Assembly: GCF_900626095.1 (NCBI RefSeq)
Contig: NZ_UYZZ01000003.1
Coordinates: 162,889-202,888 of the forward strand
Length of the DNA: 40,000 nt
Origin: Clostridium rectalis
Lineage (GTDB): Bacteria > Bacillota > Clostridia > Clostridiales > Clostridiaceae
Direction: 5' to 3'
Shown here: piece after piece, positions 1 to 8,639 of the stretch
Layout: every line of letters begins with the position of its first letter
Numbering within the stretch: the stretch's first letter is position 1
Notes under the pieces: model-generated
Seen by the model: only the letters and a program-made list of their open reading frames with translations
The model's database searches: none
Told to the model about the DNA's origin: nothing
Translations under genes and position numbers: made by a program

Positions 1-662
1 CTGCTATAATCAAACGGAACTGCCTTATTATCTATGGTTGGACATTTTAAGTAATCTGCAAGATACTCTGCTGCTCTCTTGTCAACCTGGTTATTATAGC
101 AAACTATATTCTCCATTTCATTCTTCTCTCCTTCTTGCTCCTTTATTTCAGAACCTACTAAACCTTTTACTATAGCATCAGCCATCTTATCTGCATTATA
201 TCTATCCATATCCGAGGAATTATCACAGAAACAACATTCTATAAGCATAGATTTCATTTTAGTATTTCTAATTACATATAAATTACTACCATTCTTTATA
301 CCTCTATTTGCATAACCTAAAGAAACTATATTATTTAATACTCTTGATGCTTCTTTAAAAGATTTACCGCCATGTGTCCATATTTCACTTCCGTAAGCAC
401 TACCATTATAGCAATTAAAATGAATAGATACATATAAATCTACATTGTTGTTATTAGCTGTATTAGTTCTATAACTTAAACTATCGTTTAAACTACTGCA
501 ACTATCCTTATAACACTTAATAACCGTATGTCCTAAAGCTTGTAATTTACTTATTACTTTTGTTCCTACCTCTCTAGTTAAATTTGACTCTGCTTTTATT
601 CCTACTGCTCCATAATCAGCACCAGACATTGTATGTCCACAATCTATTCCGTATATAGCCAT
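1..662 (-). CDS. Endolysin, N-acetylmuramoyl-L-alanine amidase (Amidase_3 type); start is in the window, C-terminus lies beyond position 1
   Basis: My translation from ATG 662 (AGGAGG 9 nt upstream) gives MAIYGIDCGHTMSGADYGAVG...VDLYVSIHFN...MLIECCFCDNSSD, the Zn-amidase_3 core seen in XlyA/CwlA/CD27L-type lysins. The frame stays open to the window edge, so it is absent from the ORF track. It is the last gene after the XhlA-like and holin genes. Confidence 0.85.
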   Translation of the reverse strand, partial: MAIYGIDCGHTMSGADYGAVGIKAESNLTREVGTKVISKLQALGHTVIKCYKDSCSSLNDSLSYRTNTANNNNVDLYVSIHFNCYNGSAYGSEIWTHGGKSFKEASRVLNNIVSLGYANRGIKNGSNLYVIRNTKMKSMLIECCFCDNSSDMDRYNADKMADAIVKGLVGSEIKEQEGEKNEMENIVCYNNQVDKRAAEYLADYLKCPTIDNKAVPFDYS

Positions 663-705
663 TTATACATTCCTCCTATAAAATTTAATATAAAAAAGAA
701 CAGGT

Positions 706-900
706 TTATTCCTGCTCTTTACTTTCTTTTACTGCTTGTCTAGCGCTAGATTGACCAAAATAAAATGCTATAACCATACTAAATATAGTTAAAAATTCTG
801 TGCTGCTTATATTTCCTCTACAAGCTAAGATACAAAATACTATAGTAGTTAATAATGCTATTATCTTTTTTATCTGTAAGAACTGCTTTAAAAATTCCAT
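706..900 (-). CDS. Putative holin (64 aa, two hydrophobic segments, charged C-terminus)
   Basis: IIALLTTIVFCILAC and FLTIFSMVIAFYFG are hydrophobic segments, followed by a charged tail SSARQAVKESKEQE. The gene sits between the XhlA-like gene and the amidase. Confidence 0.6.
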   Translation of the reverse strand: MEFLKQFLQIKKIIALLTTIVFCILACRGNISSTEFLTIFSMVIAFYFGQSSARQAVKESKEQE

Positions 901-912
901 TTAATCACCTCT

Positions 913-1137
913 CTATTTAAAAGTTATAATTGCACCTATTGTGCCCAAAATAATAGCTCCAGCAATTGTACGCCAGAGCCATTTTTGGTTATCTTTTATT
1001 TCAGATATATCTTTTTCATTTTGACAAGCCCTTGTATAAGCCATATCTGCTTTTTCTCTTGTACTGTTGTATCCATCTATCTTAGTTTCAATTCTTACTA
1101 TCCTCTCTAAAATTTCCTGTTGTATGTTTTGTTCCAT
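913..1137 (-). CDS. XhlA-family lysis-associated membrane protein
   Basis: N-terminal coiled coil, then DNQKWLWRTIAGAIILGTIGAIITFK. This resembles the conserved C-terminal membrane anchor of PBSX XhlA. It is the first gene of the lysis cassette. Confidence 0.65.
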   Translation of the reverse strand: MEQNIQQEILERIVRIETKIDGYNSTREKADMAYTRACQNEKDISEIKDNQKWLWRTIAGAIILGTIGAIITFK

Positions 1138-1164
1138 GTGAAGCCCCCTTTCTATAAAATAGAC

Positions 1165-1190
1165 AAAATAAAAACACCTACAGGGTGTCT
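1165..1190 (-). terminator. Intrinsic terminator after the second fibre cassette
   Basis: Minus-strand RNA ACACC-CUGUA-GGUGU followed by UUUUUAUUUU. The stem is short. Confidence 0.45.
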
Positions 1191-1260
1191 ACTTTGCCTT
1201 TATAAATTATTTAATTTTGTCGTATTTTATTTCTATTGCGTAACAAAATCTTCTCCTGTA
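1190..1260. repeat. Direct repeat copy 1 (XkdX C-terminus plus 3' flank)
   Basis: About 70 bp and about 90% identical by eye to 2568..2636 (tactttgc...ttatttaattttgtcgtatt...cgtaacaaaatcttctcctgta). Confidence 0.8.
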
Positions 1261-1415
1261 GCATCTGCTGTATTGGTTATTATATAATCCTCTACTGCTT
1301 TCCTATAATCTACGTTTGTTACATCATCAAGTTCAAAAAGTCTTTTCCTTAAAGGATTTAAGCCTTTATTCATTATTCTTTCTGCTATTATTCTTACTAC
1401 TATTTCATTAACCAT
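1233..1415 (-). CDS. XkdX-like small protein (second copy)
   Basis: The C-terminus ATGEDFVTQ parallels ITGEDFVTK of the 44-aa XkdX-like ORF at 2609..2743. It occupies the same position after a fibre plus a 115-aa gene. Confidence 0.55.
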   Translation of the reverse strand: MVNEIVVRIIAERIMNKGLNPLRKRLFELDDVTNVDYRKAVEDYIITNTADATGEDFVTQ

Positions 1416-1416
1416 A

Positions 1417-1764
1417 TTATAATATACCTCCTGTTTCTTTATTTTCTTTTAATAATAATTGATTTTCTAGTTCTTCTTTCTCTCTTTTTAATTTTTCTTC
1501 TTGTGTTTCTATGTGTTCTCTATATTTATCTATAATTATTTCTTTAGTTTCGACATTAACATGATAAATGATTGCATTTTTTAAAATTTCATTGCCATAT
1601 TCCATATCAATATAATCTATTTCCTTCGGTCGTAAGTTATCCACCATTTCATCAGTTAAACCAGAATCAAAACGCTCCTCTAAACAATCATTTAAAACTG
1701 TACCTGTAGATTTATTAAAAATAATTCTTTTTCCTATCTCCATTAACAACACTCCTTTATTCAA
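1417..1764 (-). CDS. XkdW-position protein (globular N-terminus plus C-terminal coiled coil), second cassette
   Basis: 115 aa, the same size and architecture as 2745..3092. C-terminus QEEKLKREKEELENQLLLKENK. Called by position only. Confidence 0.4.
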   Translation of the reverse strand: MNKGVLLMEIGKRIIFNKSTGTVLNDCLEERFDSGLTDEMVDNLRPKEIDYIDMEYGNEILKNAIIYHVNVETKEIIIDKYREHIETQEEKLKREKEELENQLLLKENKETGGIL

Positions 1765-2515
1765 AAGCCCAATATCTCAATTCTCCGCCATATCTAGCAT
1801 CGCAAAAAAGATGCTGCATATCAACATCAAAACCTTTGTCTACAATATAGTTCGTAGTATAGTGTGCTGCACCTGTTCTTGTACCTGTTGTACATGAAAC
1901 TGTGCACACCTCATAAATACTTGAATTATAGTCATTGGAAAGTATCAAAGTCTCTAATAACTTCCCCCAAGAACTGTTAATATCGGCAAAAACTATAACT
2001 TTTGATGGTGTAAAGGATAGCCCTCTTATTTCTATTAATGTTTGACTCTCTGTGGGTTCTATCGTCCTTGTGGCAGTTGCAAATTTTTTACCAATACTAA
2101 TATTTGCTACTTTATTTATTAAATTATTCAAAGATTCATTACTATTTGATGGTTGTTGTTTTGATGTTAAATTACTAGCAAAAGTATTTTTAAGAGTTTG
2201 TGTTTTACTTTTTAGGGTAGAAAAACTATCCCCTGTACTTAGAGGACTGCCGACAACGTCTACCCAGTTTTTCTTTCCATTATCGGCAAATGTAAAAAGT
2301 TCCTCCATACCTTCTTTTACAGTTTTGCTTTTTAAATTTGTGCTATTTAAATTTACCTTTTCTGCACTTAAGTCAATGTTTTCTATATCAGACTTAATAT
2401 GTTCTAATGCTTTATCCAAAGTACTATCATTATTTACATACACTGCCTTTGCATGTGTTACAGGGAGTATATCAGTTTTATCAACATCTTTCAGTTTTTT
2501 TATTCTAGCTTTCAT
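1757..2515 (-). CDS. Second tail-fibre / receptor-binding protein lacking the baseplate-anchor domain
   Basis: It shares IENIDLSAEKVNL.ST.LKSKTVKEGMEELFTFADN and a further roughly 70 aa of weaker similarity with fibre 3106..4518. The N-terminus (ILPVTHAKAVY) and C-terminus are different. Confidence 0.65.
   Translation of the reverse strand: MKARIKKLKDVDKTDILPVTHAKAVYVNNDSTLDKALEHIKSDIENIDLSAEKVNLNSTNLKSKTVKEGMEELFTFADNGKKNWVDVVGSPLSTGDSFSTLKSKTQTLKNTFASNLTSKQQPSNSNESLNNLINKVANISIGKKFATATRTIEPTESQTLIEIRGLSFTPSKVIVFADINSSWGKLLETLILSNDYNSSIYEVCTVSCTTGTRTGAAHYTTNYIVDKGFDVDMQHLFCDARYGGELRYWAFE
2280..2389. repeat. Near-identical 110-bp segment shared by the two fibre genes (copy 1)
   Basis: ttatcggcaaatgtaaaaagttcctccataccttcttttacagttttgcttttta...ttctatatc matches 3806..3915 with about 5 mismatches by eye. 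Confidence 0.85.
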
Positions 2516-2540
2516 TTTATCACCTCTTATTTTTAAAAAA

Positions 2541-2568
2541 CAAAATAAAAAGACCTGATATGGTCCTT
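2541..2568 (-). terminator. Intrinsic terminator after the first fibre cassette
   Basis: Minus-strand RNA AAGGACC-AUAUCA-GGUCUUU with one G.U pair, then a U-rich tract UUUUAUUUUGUUUUUU. Confidence 0.5.
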
Positions 2569-2636
2569 ACTTTGCTTTTAAATTATTTAATTTTGTCGTA
2601 TTGTATTGCTATTTCGTAACAAAATCTTCTCCTGTA
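2568..2636. repeat. Direct repeat copy 2 (XkdX C-terminus plus 3' flank)
   Basis: Partner of 1190..1260. Confidence 0.8.
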
Positions 2637-2743
2637 ATAGTTTTAAACTGTTCTTCTGTTATACATCCCCATCTAGTCGCTTCTCTTAGCGTTTTTAAAT
2701 CCAAATACCCTACTTTATAAAATGTATTATAAAAATTAAACAT
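2609..2743 (-). CDS. XkdX-family small protein (44 aa, below the ORF-track cutoff)
   Basis: My translation: MFNFYNTFYKVGYLDLKTLREATRWGCITEEQFKTITGEDFVTK. The ATG lies 1 nt after the stop of 2745..3092, with GGAGGG upstream. The pattern is typical of XkdX (W/Y-rich N-terminus, ITxEEF..ITGE). Confidence 0.7.
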   Translation of the reverse strand: MFNFYNTFYKVGYLDLKTLREATRWGCITEEQFKTITGEDFVTK

Positions 2744-2744
2744 A

Positions 2745-3092
2745 CTAATTCCCTCCCTTTAATTTATTTAACTCTACGTTTAAATCTGCTGTACTTTGCG
2801 CCAATTGATTTATTAATAAATTTTTCTTTCTGTTTTCCATAGTTAAGTCTGCTACTGTTTTTGCTAATATTTCGTTATTTTTTTTAATTTGTTCAAACTC
2901 GCTTAATTGAGCTGAACTTTCCGGCTCAAATTTTTCTTCACTCCATGTATGTGTCTCAAAATCATATTTATGCCATAACATAGTTTCATCCTCAACTTTT
3001 ATATAATTTAAAGGTACATTTATTAACTGCTGACAGTACGTAACCATACTTTCTGCTATGTTTTTTTGGTTTAAAATCATGTATTTTTCCAC
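2745..3092 (-). CDS. XkdW-position protein (globular N-terminus plus coiled coil)
   Basis: 115 aa, between the fibre and XkdX as in PBSX xkdV-W-X. Has a C-terminal coiled coil. Confidence 0.45.
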   Translation of the reverse strand: MEKYMILNQKNIAESMVTYCQQLINVPLNYIKVEDETMLWHKYDFETHTWSEEKFEPESSAQLSEFEQIKKNNEILAKTVADLTMENRKKNLLINQLAQSTADLNVELNKLKGGN

Positions 3093-3105
3093 GTTAAATT
3101 CCTCC

Positions 3106-4518
3106 TTAATTAAATTCTACTATTTGCCAATAAAACTTTATACTATCATGGTAAACCCCTCCTATATCTGTTACTTCTAATCTAATAGTATTATTATCTT
3201 CAATAACTCCTGAATAAGTATAATAGCATGAATAATTGTAATTCCCGCAACGTATATATTGCAATGATAATAAGCTTTTATTAATATCTATAGTTTTAGG
3301 CAATGTAATGTGTCTTACTTTTAATGATGTATCACCATCCACCTCTCCTCTCAATATTTGTTTAACATTATTAAACTCTACAACAACACAGTCGATTTTT
3401 CCATAATCTTCATCAATGTAATATGGATTTTTAATTTTCACATTAATATTATTCACTAATTTTGCAAATGCAAAAGCATTTATAGCTTTGATACTATCAC
3501 TGCGTAGCCATGAACAATGAGAGAACGTAATTGTTTTATCTATATTGACTGGATTTATTGTAAAAACTTGATCTTCAAATGTATAAGTAGAGATTCTTTG
3601 CACGCTTTTAATGCCACCAATGTTAATATCATTTACTTTACCTATCAATCCTCCCAGTCTTTCTGTTCCATTAGCACTTACTTGTTTACTACTTAAATTA
3701 CTAGCAAAAGTATTTTTAAGTCCCTGTATTTTAGATTTAACTTGCTTTGCTGTATCTGTAGCTAAAACAGGACTGCCGACAACATTAGCTACAGATTTCT
3801 TGTAGTTATCGGCAAATGTAAAAAGTTCCTCCATACCTTCTTTTACAGTTTTGCTTTTTAATTTAGTGCTATCTAAATTTACCTTTTCTGCACTTAAATC
3901 AATGTTTTCTATATCCTTCTCCATATCAGCCATTTTTGATTCAACTTTTTCAAACTCTTCTTTGAGGAGAGGATGCATTTCTCCTTCGATTGTAACAGAT
4001 TCATCTAAGAAGTCTTCGGCTGAGATTACTTTTAGATTTTCAATCTTATTTTCTAATAGCTCTAAATCTGACTTTTTAGCAAAAATTATTGTTGGGTCTA
4101 TTTTAAGGGTTACATTTTGTGTATTAGAAACTTCTAAATTCATTCTCATTAGTAGTTCTTTTGTACTACCATCTGCGGCAACTGGCTTGTATGTTTCTGG
4201 ACACTTAGCTACACCTAACATGTTATTTTCTTCATCAAAAATTCCATATTCTCGTATCATAAATCCACCAACATTTGCAGGAATCATCATTTCTACTTTT
4301 ATCCAATTAGGATTTTCTTCATCTATAGTAATATGATTTATATTTCCTTCATATACTGCATTAACTAAATCTTCCTGATTTTCTGTTGGATTGTAATAAC
4401 TTCCCCCACCATCTCCAACTTTCATTTTTACAAAGTTAACCTTACTTCCAAATCCAGCGCTATTAGCTATTTTCGCTTTACCTATTTTAGTTAGTATTGT
4501 ATAAAATTGTTCTGCCAT
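3106..4518 (-). CDS. Tail fibre with N-terminal tail-collar/baseplate-anchor domain
   Basis: The N-terminus MAEQFYTILTKIGKAKIANSAGFGSKVNFVKMKVGDGGG is like the P2 gpH / DUF3751-type fibre N-terminus. The gene follows the XkdT/XkdU-like genes. Confidence 0.8.
   Translation of the reverse strand: MAEQFYTILTKIGKAKIANSAGFGSKVNFVKMKVGDGGGSYYNPTENQEDLVNAVYEGNINHITIDEENPNWIKVEMMIPANVGGFMIREYGIFDEENNMLGVAKCPETYKPVAADGSTKELLMRMNLEVSNTQNVTLKIDPTIIFAKKSDLELLENKIENLKVISAEDFLDESVTIEGEMHPLLKEEFEKVESKMADMEKDIENIDLSAEKVNLDSTKLKSKTVKEGMEELFTFADNYKKSVANVVGSPVLATDTAKQVKSKIQGLKNTFASNLSSKQVSANGTERLGGLIGKVNDINIGGIKSVQRISTYTFEDQVFTINPVNIDKTITFSHCSWLRSDSIKAINAFAFAKLVNNINVKIKNPYYIDEDYGKIDCVVVEFNNVKQILRGEVDGDTSLKVRHITLPKTIDINKSLLSLQYIRCGNYNYSCYYTYSGVIEDNNTIRLEVTDIGGVYHDSIKFYWQIVEFN
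3806..3915. repeat. Near-identical 110-bp segment shared by the two fibre genes (copy 2)
   Basis: Partner of 2280..2389. Shorter shared blocks also occur at about 3690..3720 / 2165..2200 and about 3770..3787 / 2240..2257. Confidence 0.85.
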
Positions 4519-4521
4519 TGA

Positions 4522-5148
4522 TTAACCCTCCTTTCTAGGGTATACTGTTATATTTTCTACTCCTGTATTGCTACCCATAGCTATATTAACTTTACCTTTA
4601 GATGTTATATCTTTAGGCATCCATGGATAAACAGTTATTTCCTCGCCACTTGTTATAGCACTAGCAAAATAAATATTAGTATTTATTTTTTGTACCAAAG
4701 TAGAACTTAGCATCATATTACATGGAATTATATATCTAAAGTTATCTATTATTTCATTAAACATACTCCAATCAAAAGTATTTATTTCTACTTTTAATAC
4801 ATATTCATCATTAAGTACTTCAACTTTATAGTTACCCTTGCCAAATAAGGCATTTAGTTTATATTCAAGTGCCCTATGAGTTATAGGCATCTTATCCATC
4901 TTTCTATTTTTAATTCTTAACTTTCTAAACTCTAATGTATCATTTACTAAGTCAGCTTTAATTTTAAATAACTTTTCTTGATGTTCTATTCCATAATCTG
5001 TTGCAGTGTCTATAAAATTCTCTTTTAAGATTCTTTGCTGTCCCTTTTCTAATAATTTAAGTTCTTTATCTTCTGTAGAAGTAATTTGTTTAAAATCTTC
5101 TATATTAGCTATTTGTGGCGGTAAAAAATCAATTAACTTCTTTTTCAT
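4522..5148 (-). CDS. Baseplate protein, XkdU / P2 gpI-like (DUF2313-type)
   Basis: N-terminus LIDFLPPQIANIEDFKQI...; position directly after the baseplate J-like gene. Confidence 0.7.
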   Translation of the reverse strand: MKKKLIDFLPPQIANIEDFKQITSTEDKELKLLEKGQQRILKENFIDTATDYGIEHQEKLFKIKADLVNDTLEFRKLRIKNRKMDKMPITHRALEYKLNALFGKGNYKVEVLNDEYVLKVEINTFDWSMFNEIIDNFRYIIPCNMMLSSTLVQKINTNIYFASAITSGEEITVYPWMPKDITSKGKVNIAMGSNTGVENITVYPRKEG

Positions 5149-6223
5149 TTATAACCACCTCTTTTAATATTGGAACTTCTTTAACTCCTAATATTAAATT
5201 TTCTTCTTTACCATTTATCTTAGTATTAAATAAATCAGCCACACCTTCTACGTTCAGAATTCTAGCTTCAATCTGACTTATTCTAACTATTGTATTATCA
5301 TCTTCATGCCATTGTTTTCTAAGTTGTTTCAGATATTCATTTATAATTTTTTTAATATCTTCTTGAACTTGGCCAATAGTAAGTCCTCTCTTTAAAAGTA
5401 TGTTTGTTTCTATAGTTATCTCTATATCTTTAGCACCTAATACAGTAACAACATGACCTACTGGAGCAACACCAAAACCTTTGCCTTTATTTTGTACTGG
5501 ATCTAAAATAGTTTGTACCTTATCTATTAATTCTGTTGTAGGAACACTATAATCACTATCCAAAAATACTATTTTTACAGTTCCACCACCATTCCATATA
5601 GGAAATACCTTTACGGTTCCAACACCTTCAATAGCCCTAGTATTAATTTTATAATCTGCTATATTACCTCCATAAGGTTTCTCATTTAAATGCTCTATAT
5701 ATCTATCATATAGACTCTCGTTACTTTCAACATCTTCTCCTGGCATAATAAGTTCTCCTAATGTAGCAATAGATAAACCTTCTATATATTCTATTGGTAT
5801 TAATGGTCCTGTTATAGAATTTCCTTCTATGCCGGTTGCTTCACATTGCATTTTATAAATACCAGTAGAAATTTTCTCTAAGGCTATAAAATTAAAATCT
5901 TCTATAGAAAATCTACTATTCAAAGGAATATCTATTAATTGATTTTCTTCATTGTAAAAATAACCTTTCTTTATAGAAGATGTAGCCATTTCTCTTTTAA
6001 GCCCTTCTTCTGCAACTCTTAGATCCAAATATTCGTCTGGCATATCAGGGCTTACAAAAGTACATTTTAAAAAGTAATCCATATCTGAATACATCTTTGC
6101 GACTTCTTGTGCTGCAGGTGCTAAGGCATTATAAATAATAGAACCTTCTCTTTTGTCTAAATCGTTAGATATTCTATTCATCATTCTTGTCAATATAGCT
6201 TCTTCTGTTTGTTCTTCAAACAC
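5129..6223 (-). CDS. Baseplate J-like protein (XkdT-like)
   Basis: 364 aa; N-terminus EEAILTRMMNRISNDLDKREGSIIYNALAPAAQE is typical of the baseplate J family. Position is conserved. Confidence 0.8.
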   Translation of the reverse strand: MFEEQTEEAILTRMMNRISNDLDKREGSIIYNALAPAAQEVAKMYSDMDYFLKCTFVSPDMPDEYLDLRVAEEGLKREMATSSIKKGYFYNEENQLIDIPLNSRFSIEDFNFIALEKISTGIYKMQCEATGIEGNSITGPLIPIEYIEGLSIATLGELIMPGEDVESNESLYDRYIEHLNEKPYGGNIADYKINTRAIEGVGTVKVFPIWNGGGTVKIVFLDSDYSVPTTELIDKVQTILDPVQNKGKGFGVAPVGHVVTVLGAKDIEITIETNILLKRGLTIGQVQEDIKKIINEYLKQLRKQWHEDDNTIVRISQIEARILNVEGVADLFNTKINGKEENLILGVKEVPILKEVVINEKEVN

Positions 6224-6639
6224 TACAGCACCTCCTTATCTATAGAAAATTCTCCATAAATAGAAAAGACGGTAAAACTTACTTCTACACCGTCCTTATC
6301 ATATCTAAATATAAAGTTATCAACATTGTTAATTCTATCATCTTGTATAAGAGCTTCCTTAATTCTCCTCTTATATTCAGATTCTGCTATAGCTCTATCC
6401 TGTGTTTTTAACTCTTTTAATTCACTTCCATAGTTGTCTGAATATATAAGATACTCATATCTTTCAGTGCCTAATATCAATTGTATTGCTTGTTTTAAAG
6501 CTTCTTTACCATCTGTAAATCCTACTATTCTATTATCTTTAATTTTATAAGTCTTTGTTGGCTCAATTATTTCTTCCACTTCTAGGTCATCAGATATAAC
6601 TGCTCCTTGTGGTAATATACTAACCTCACTCACACTCAC
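6223..6639 (-). CDS. Baseplate wedge protein, XkdS / gpW-gp25-like
   Basis: 138 aa, translationally coupled between the XkdR-like and baseplate J-like genes. Motif LILGTERYEYLIYSDNYG. Confidence 0.65.
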   Translation of the reverse strand: MSVSEVSILPQGAVISDDLEVEEIIEPTKTYKIKDNRIVGFTDGKEALKQAIQLILGTERYEYLIYSDNYGSELKELKTQDRAIAESEYKRRIKEALIQDDRINNVDNFIFRYDKDGVEVSFTVFSIYGEFSIDKEVL

Positions 6640-6980
6640 ACCACCTTATCTAAGATTACATACTGTTGTCCACCTTGAACTCTAAGCAATAGAACCTTAT
6701 CACCTTGTTTTAAACCTTCTCTAATTAATAACTTATCTAAAGATGTTTTTATGTTACTATTGATAGAACTATCTATATAATTGTGTGTATGTTTTAAATC
6801 AACCTCATACCTAGTTAAGCTTTCAGGAATAATAAAAAAATCCTTATCCAACACTAATTTCTGGTCCACCTTTATTTTTAATTTATCTACATTTATAACT
6901 TCCCCAAATGAAATATTAACTGGATTACTAGCTCCAACTGCTCCCATACTTGCTTTTTTAATTGTATCTATCATTCCCAT
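6636..6980 (-). CDS. Baseplate spike/plug protein, XkdR-like
   Basis: 114 aa. Called from position and size in the Xkd order. Confidence 0.5.
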   Translation of the reverse strand: MGMIDTIKKASMGAVGASNPVNISFGEVINVDKLKIKVDQKLVLDKDFFIIPESLTRYEVDLKHTHNYIDSSINSNIKTSLDKLLIREGLKQGDKVLLLRVQGGQQYVILDKVV

Positions 6981-6989
6981 ATCTACTAT

Positions 6990-7964
6990 CTACACCACCT
7001 TTAAATCAAAATCCATTACTAAATTACCTTTTTGAAACTTATGTGTAGCTTCTTCTATAAGATAATACTGTTTTATTCCCTTTTCTTTTATATCTACATA
7101 CACACCACTGCCAGCTCTTAATTTTAAATCTGCTTTAATATCTGTGCTAATAACATCTTTTAATTTTAAAGTCTTAGTTTCTCTATTCTTAAGTTTTAAA
7201 GACGAATTAACCATCTGTTGAATTTGTGCCTTATTCATTTTTTCATCTACTTTATGATAGTATTGGAGCCTTCCCCATTTAGCAATGTTCTTACTATCCT
7301 GTGCTATATATACATCTCTGCCTTTAGTTTCTTTATTATCTCTTACTATTTTAACTCTATTATAAGTATCACTATCTATGCTATTTTTCCAATCATAATC
7401 TCCTAAATTATTATCATCAGAAATTACTACAAGCTGTTTCATGTTATTTATATTTCTTAAGTTTAAATATCCAAAATCATCATATAATGTATAAGTTCTT
7501 TTATTGTTCATTAATGTTTTTTCTAAAGAACTATATATTATATCTAATAATTTCTTATCATCTTCAAGAAGTTGTGGTATAACATATCCTGTATCTTCTA
7601 TAGTTCCTATTCTTAGCTTAATATCTTTTGCAATTTGCATTAAAATTTGACTTGCTTTTTTATTTTTAAATACATAAGTATCATTAAACAGCAAATATCG
7701 TAATTGATCATAAGCAGTTATTTTTGTAATTGGATTTTTATTTCCGCCATTTTCAAATGTATATCCATAAAACACTGGATTATTACCTACTTTAAAACTG
7801 ACTACATCACCATTATTTATAGTAATTTGCTTATCTTTTAATATTTCAAAATTCAAACTAGAGGGCTTATCTTTTCTTTTAGTTTTCCAAGTAACTTCAC
7901 TTACTAATTCAGATATGTCAAATATATTTCCATTCTTATTATCTAGTAATAATTGTATATTCAA
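6990..7964 (-). CDS. Baseplate hub / late-control gpD-like protein (XkdQ-like)
   Basis: 324 aa, directly after the LysM protein and before the XkdR/S/T-like genes. Confidence 0.65.
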   Translation of the reverse strand: MNIQLLLDNKNGNIFDISELVSEVTWKTKRKDKPSSLNFEILKDKQITINNGDVVSFKVGNNPVFYGYTFENGGNKNPITKITAYDQLRYLLFNDTYVFKNKKASQILMQIAKDIKLRIGTIEDTGYVIPQLLEDDKKLLDIIYSSLEKTLMNNKRTYTLYDDFGYLNLRNINNMKQLVVISDDNNLGDYDWKNSIDSDTYNRVKIVRDNKETKGRDVYIAQDSKNIAKWGRLQYYHKVDEKMNKAQIQQMVNSSLKLKNRETKTLKLKDVISTDIKADLKLRAGSGVYVDIKEKGIKQYYLIEEATHKFQKGNLVMDFDLKVV

Positions 7965-7976
7965 ACTATCACCACC

Positions 7977-8639
7977 TTACGGAAGCCTTAAAACTTGTCC
8001 TGTATATATTAAGTTAGGATTCTTAATCTTGTCTTTATTTAGGTTGTAAATTTCTTTCCATCTAGCTCCATTCCCTAAATACCGTTTAGCTATATGCCAA
8101 AGCGTATCATTTCCTGTGACAGTATGTGTTTTAGGCTTAATTTTATTATTTTGTCTAGGAGGCGGACTATTTGTTTTAACTATTGATTTAACATTTTTTT
8201 TAGTTATTATAGAAACTTTTTTAGCAGTATATTTTTTATATCTTTTAAGTTCTACAGAATAATAAATGTCTCCAACTTCTCCTCCATGCTCTTCACACTT
8301 AAAATTTTCTATCGAAAATAAATCATTTATTTCTACTTGTCCTCCAACAAAAATAAATCTTATCTTTTGTTTTTTATTTCTCCATTCTCTAATCTTTGCA
8401 ATATAAAAGCTCGGTTCAAATAATTGCTCCGAGCTTACATAAGGACCTTTATGCCTTGGAAAGAAACTTTCAAAACTTATTTCAGTTAACTTGGGTAAAT
8501 TTATTGTATTAATTTCACCTAAATTAATTATGTCATAGGTTTTATTATCTCCATCCTCATTAAATTCAATTTTTTCTGGTAGTACAGGAAGGGTAAATCC
8601 CTCTTCACCATCGTTAATTCCTAAATACATTTTATACAT
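7977..8639 (-). CDS. LysM-domain tail protein (XkdP-like)
   Basis: C-terminal LysM motif HTVTGNDTLWHIAKRYLGNGARWKEIYNLNKDKIKNPNLIYTGQVLRLP. Directly downstream of the tape measure gene. Confidence 0.8.
   Translation of the reverse strand: MYKMYLGINDGEEGFTLPVLPEKIEFNEDGDNKTYDIINLGEINTINLPKLTEISFESFFPRHKGPYVSSEQLFEPSFYIAKIREWRNKKQKIRFIFVGGQVEINDLFSIENFKCEEHGGEVGDIYYSVELKRYKKYTAKKVSIITKKNVKSIVKTNSPPPRQNNKIKPKTHTVTGNDTLWHIAKRYLGNGARWKEIYNLNKDKIKNPNLIYTGQVLRLP

Noticed and set aside
2052-4336. Plus-strand ORFs 2052..2558, 3611..3805 and 3851..4336, antisense to the fibre genes.
   Set aside because: They are Phe/Leu/Ser-rich with low-complexity translations, typical of the antisense frame of AT-rich coding DNA. 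They lie fully inside well-supported minus-strand genes and have no RBS.
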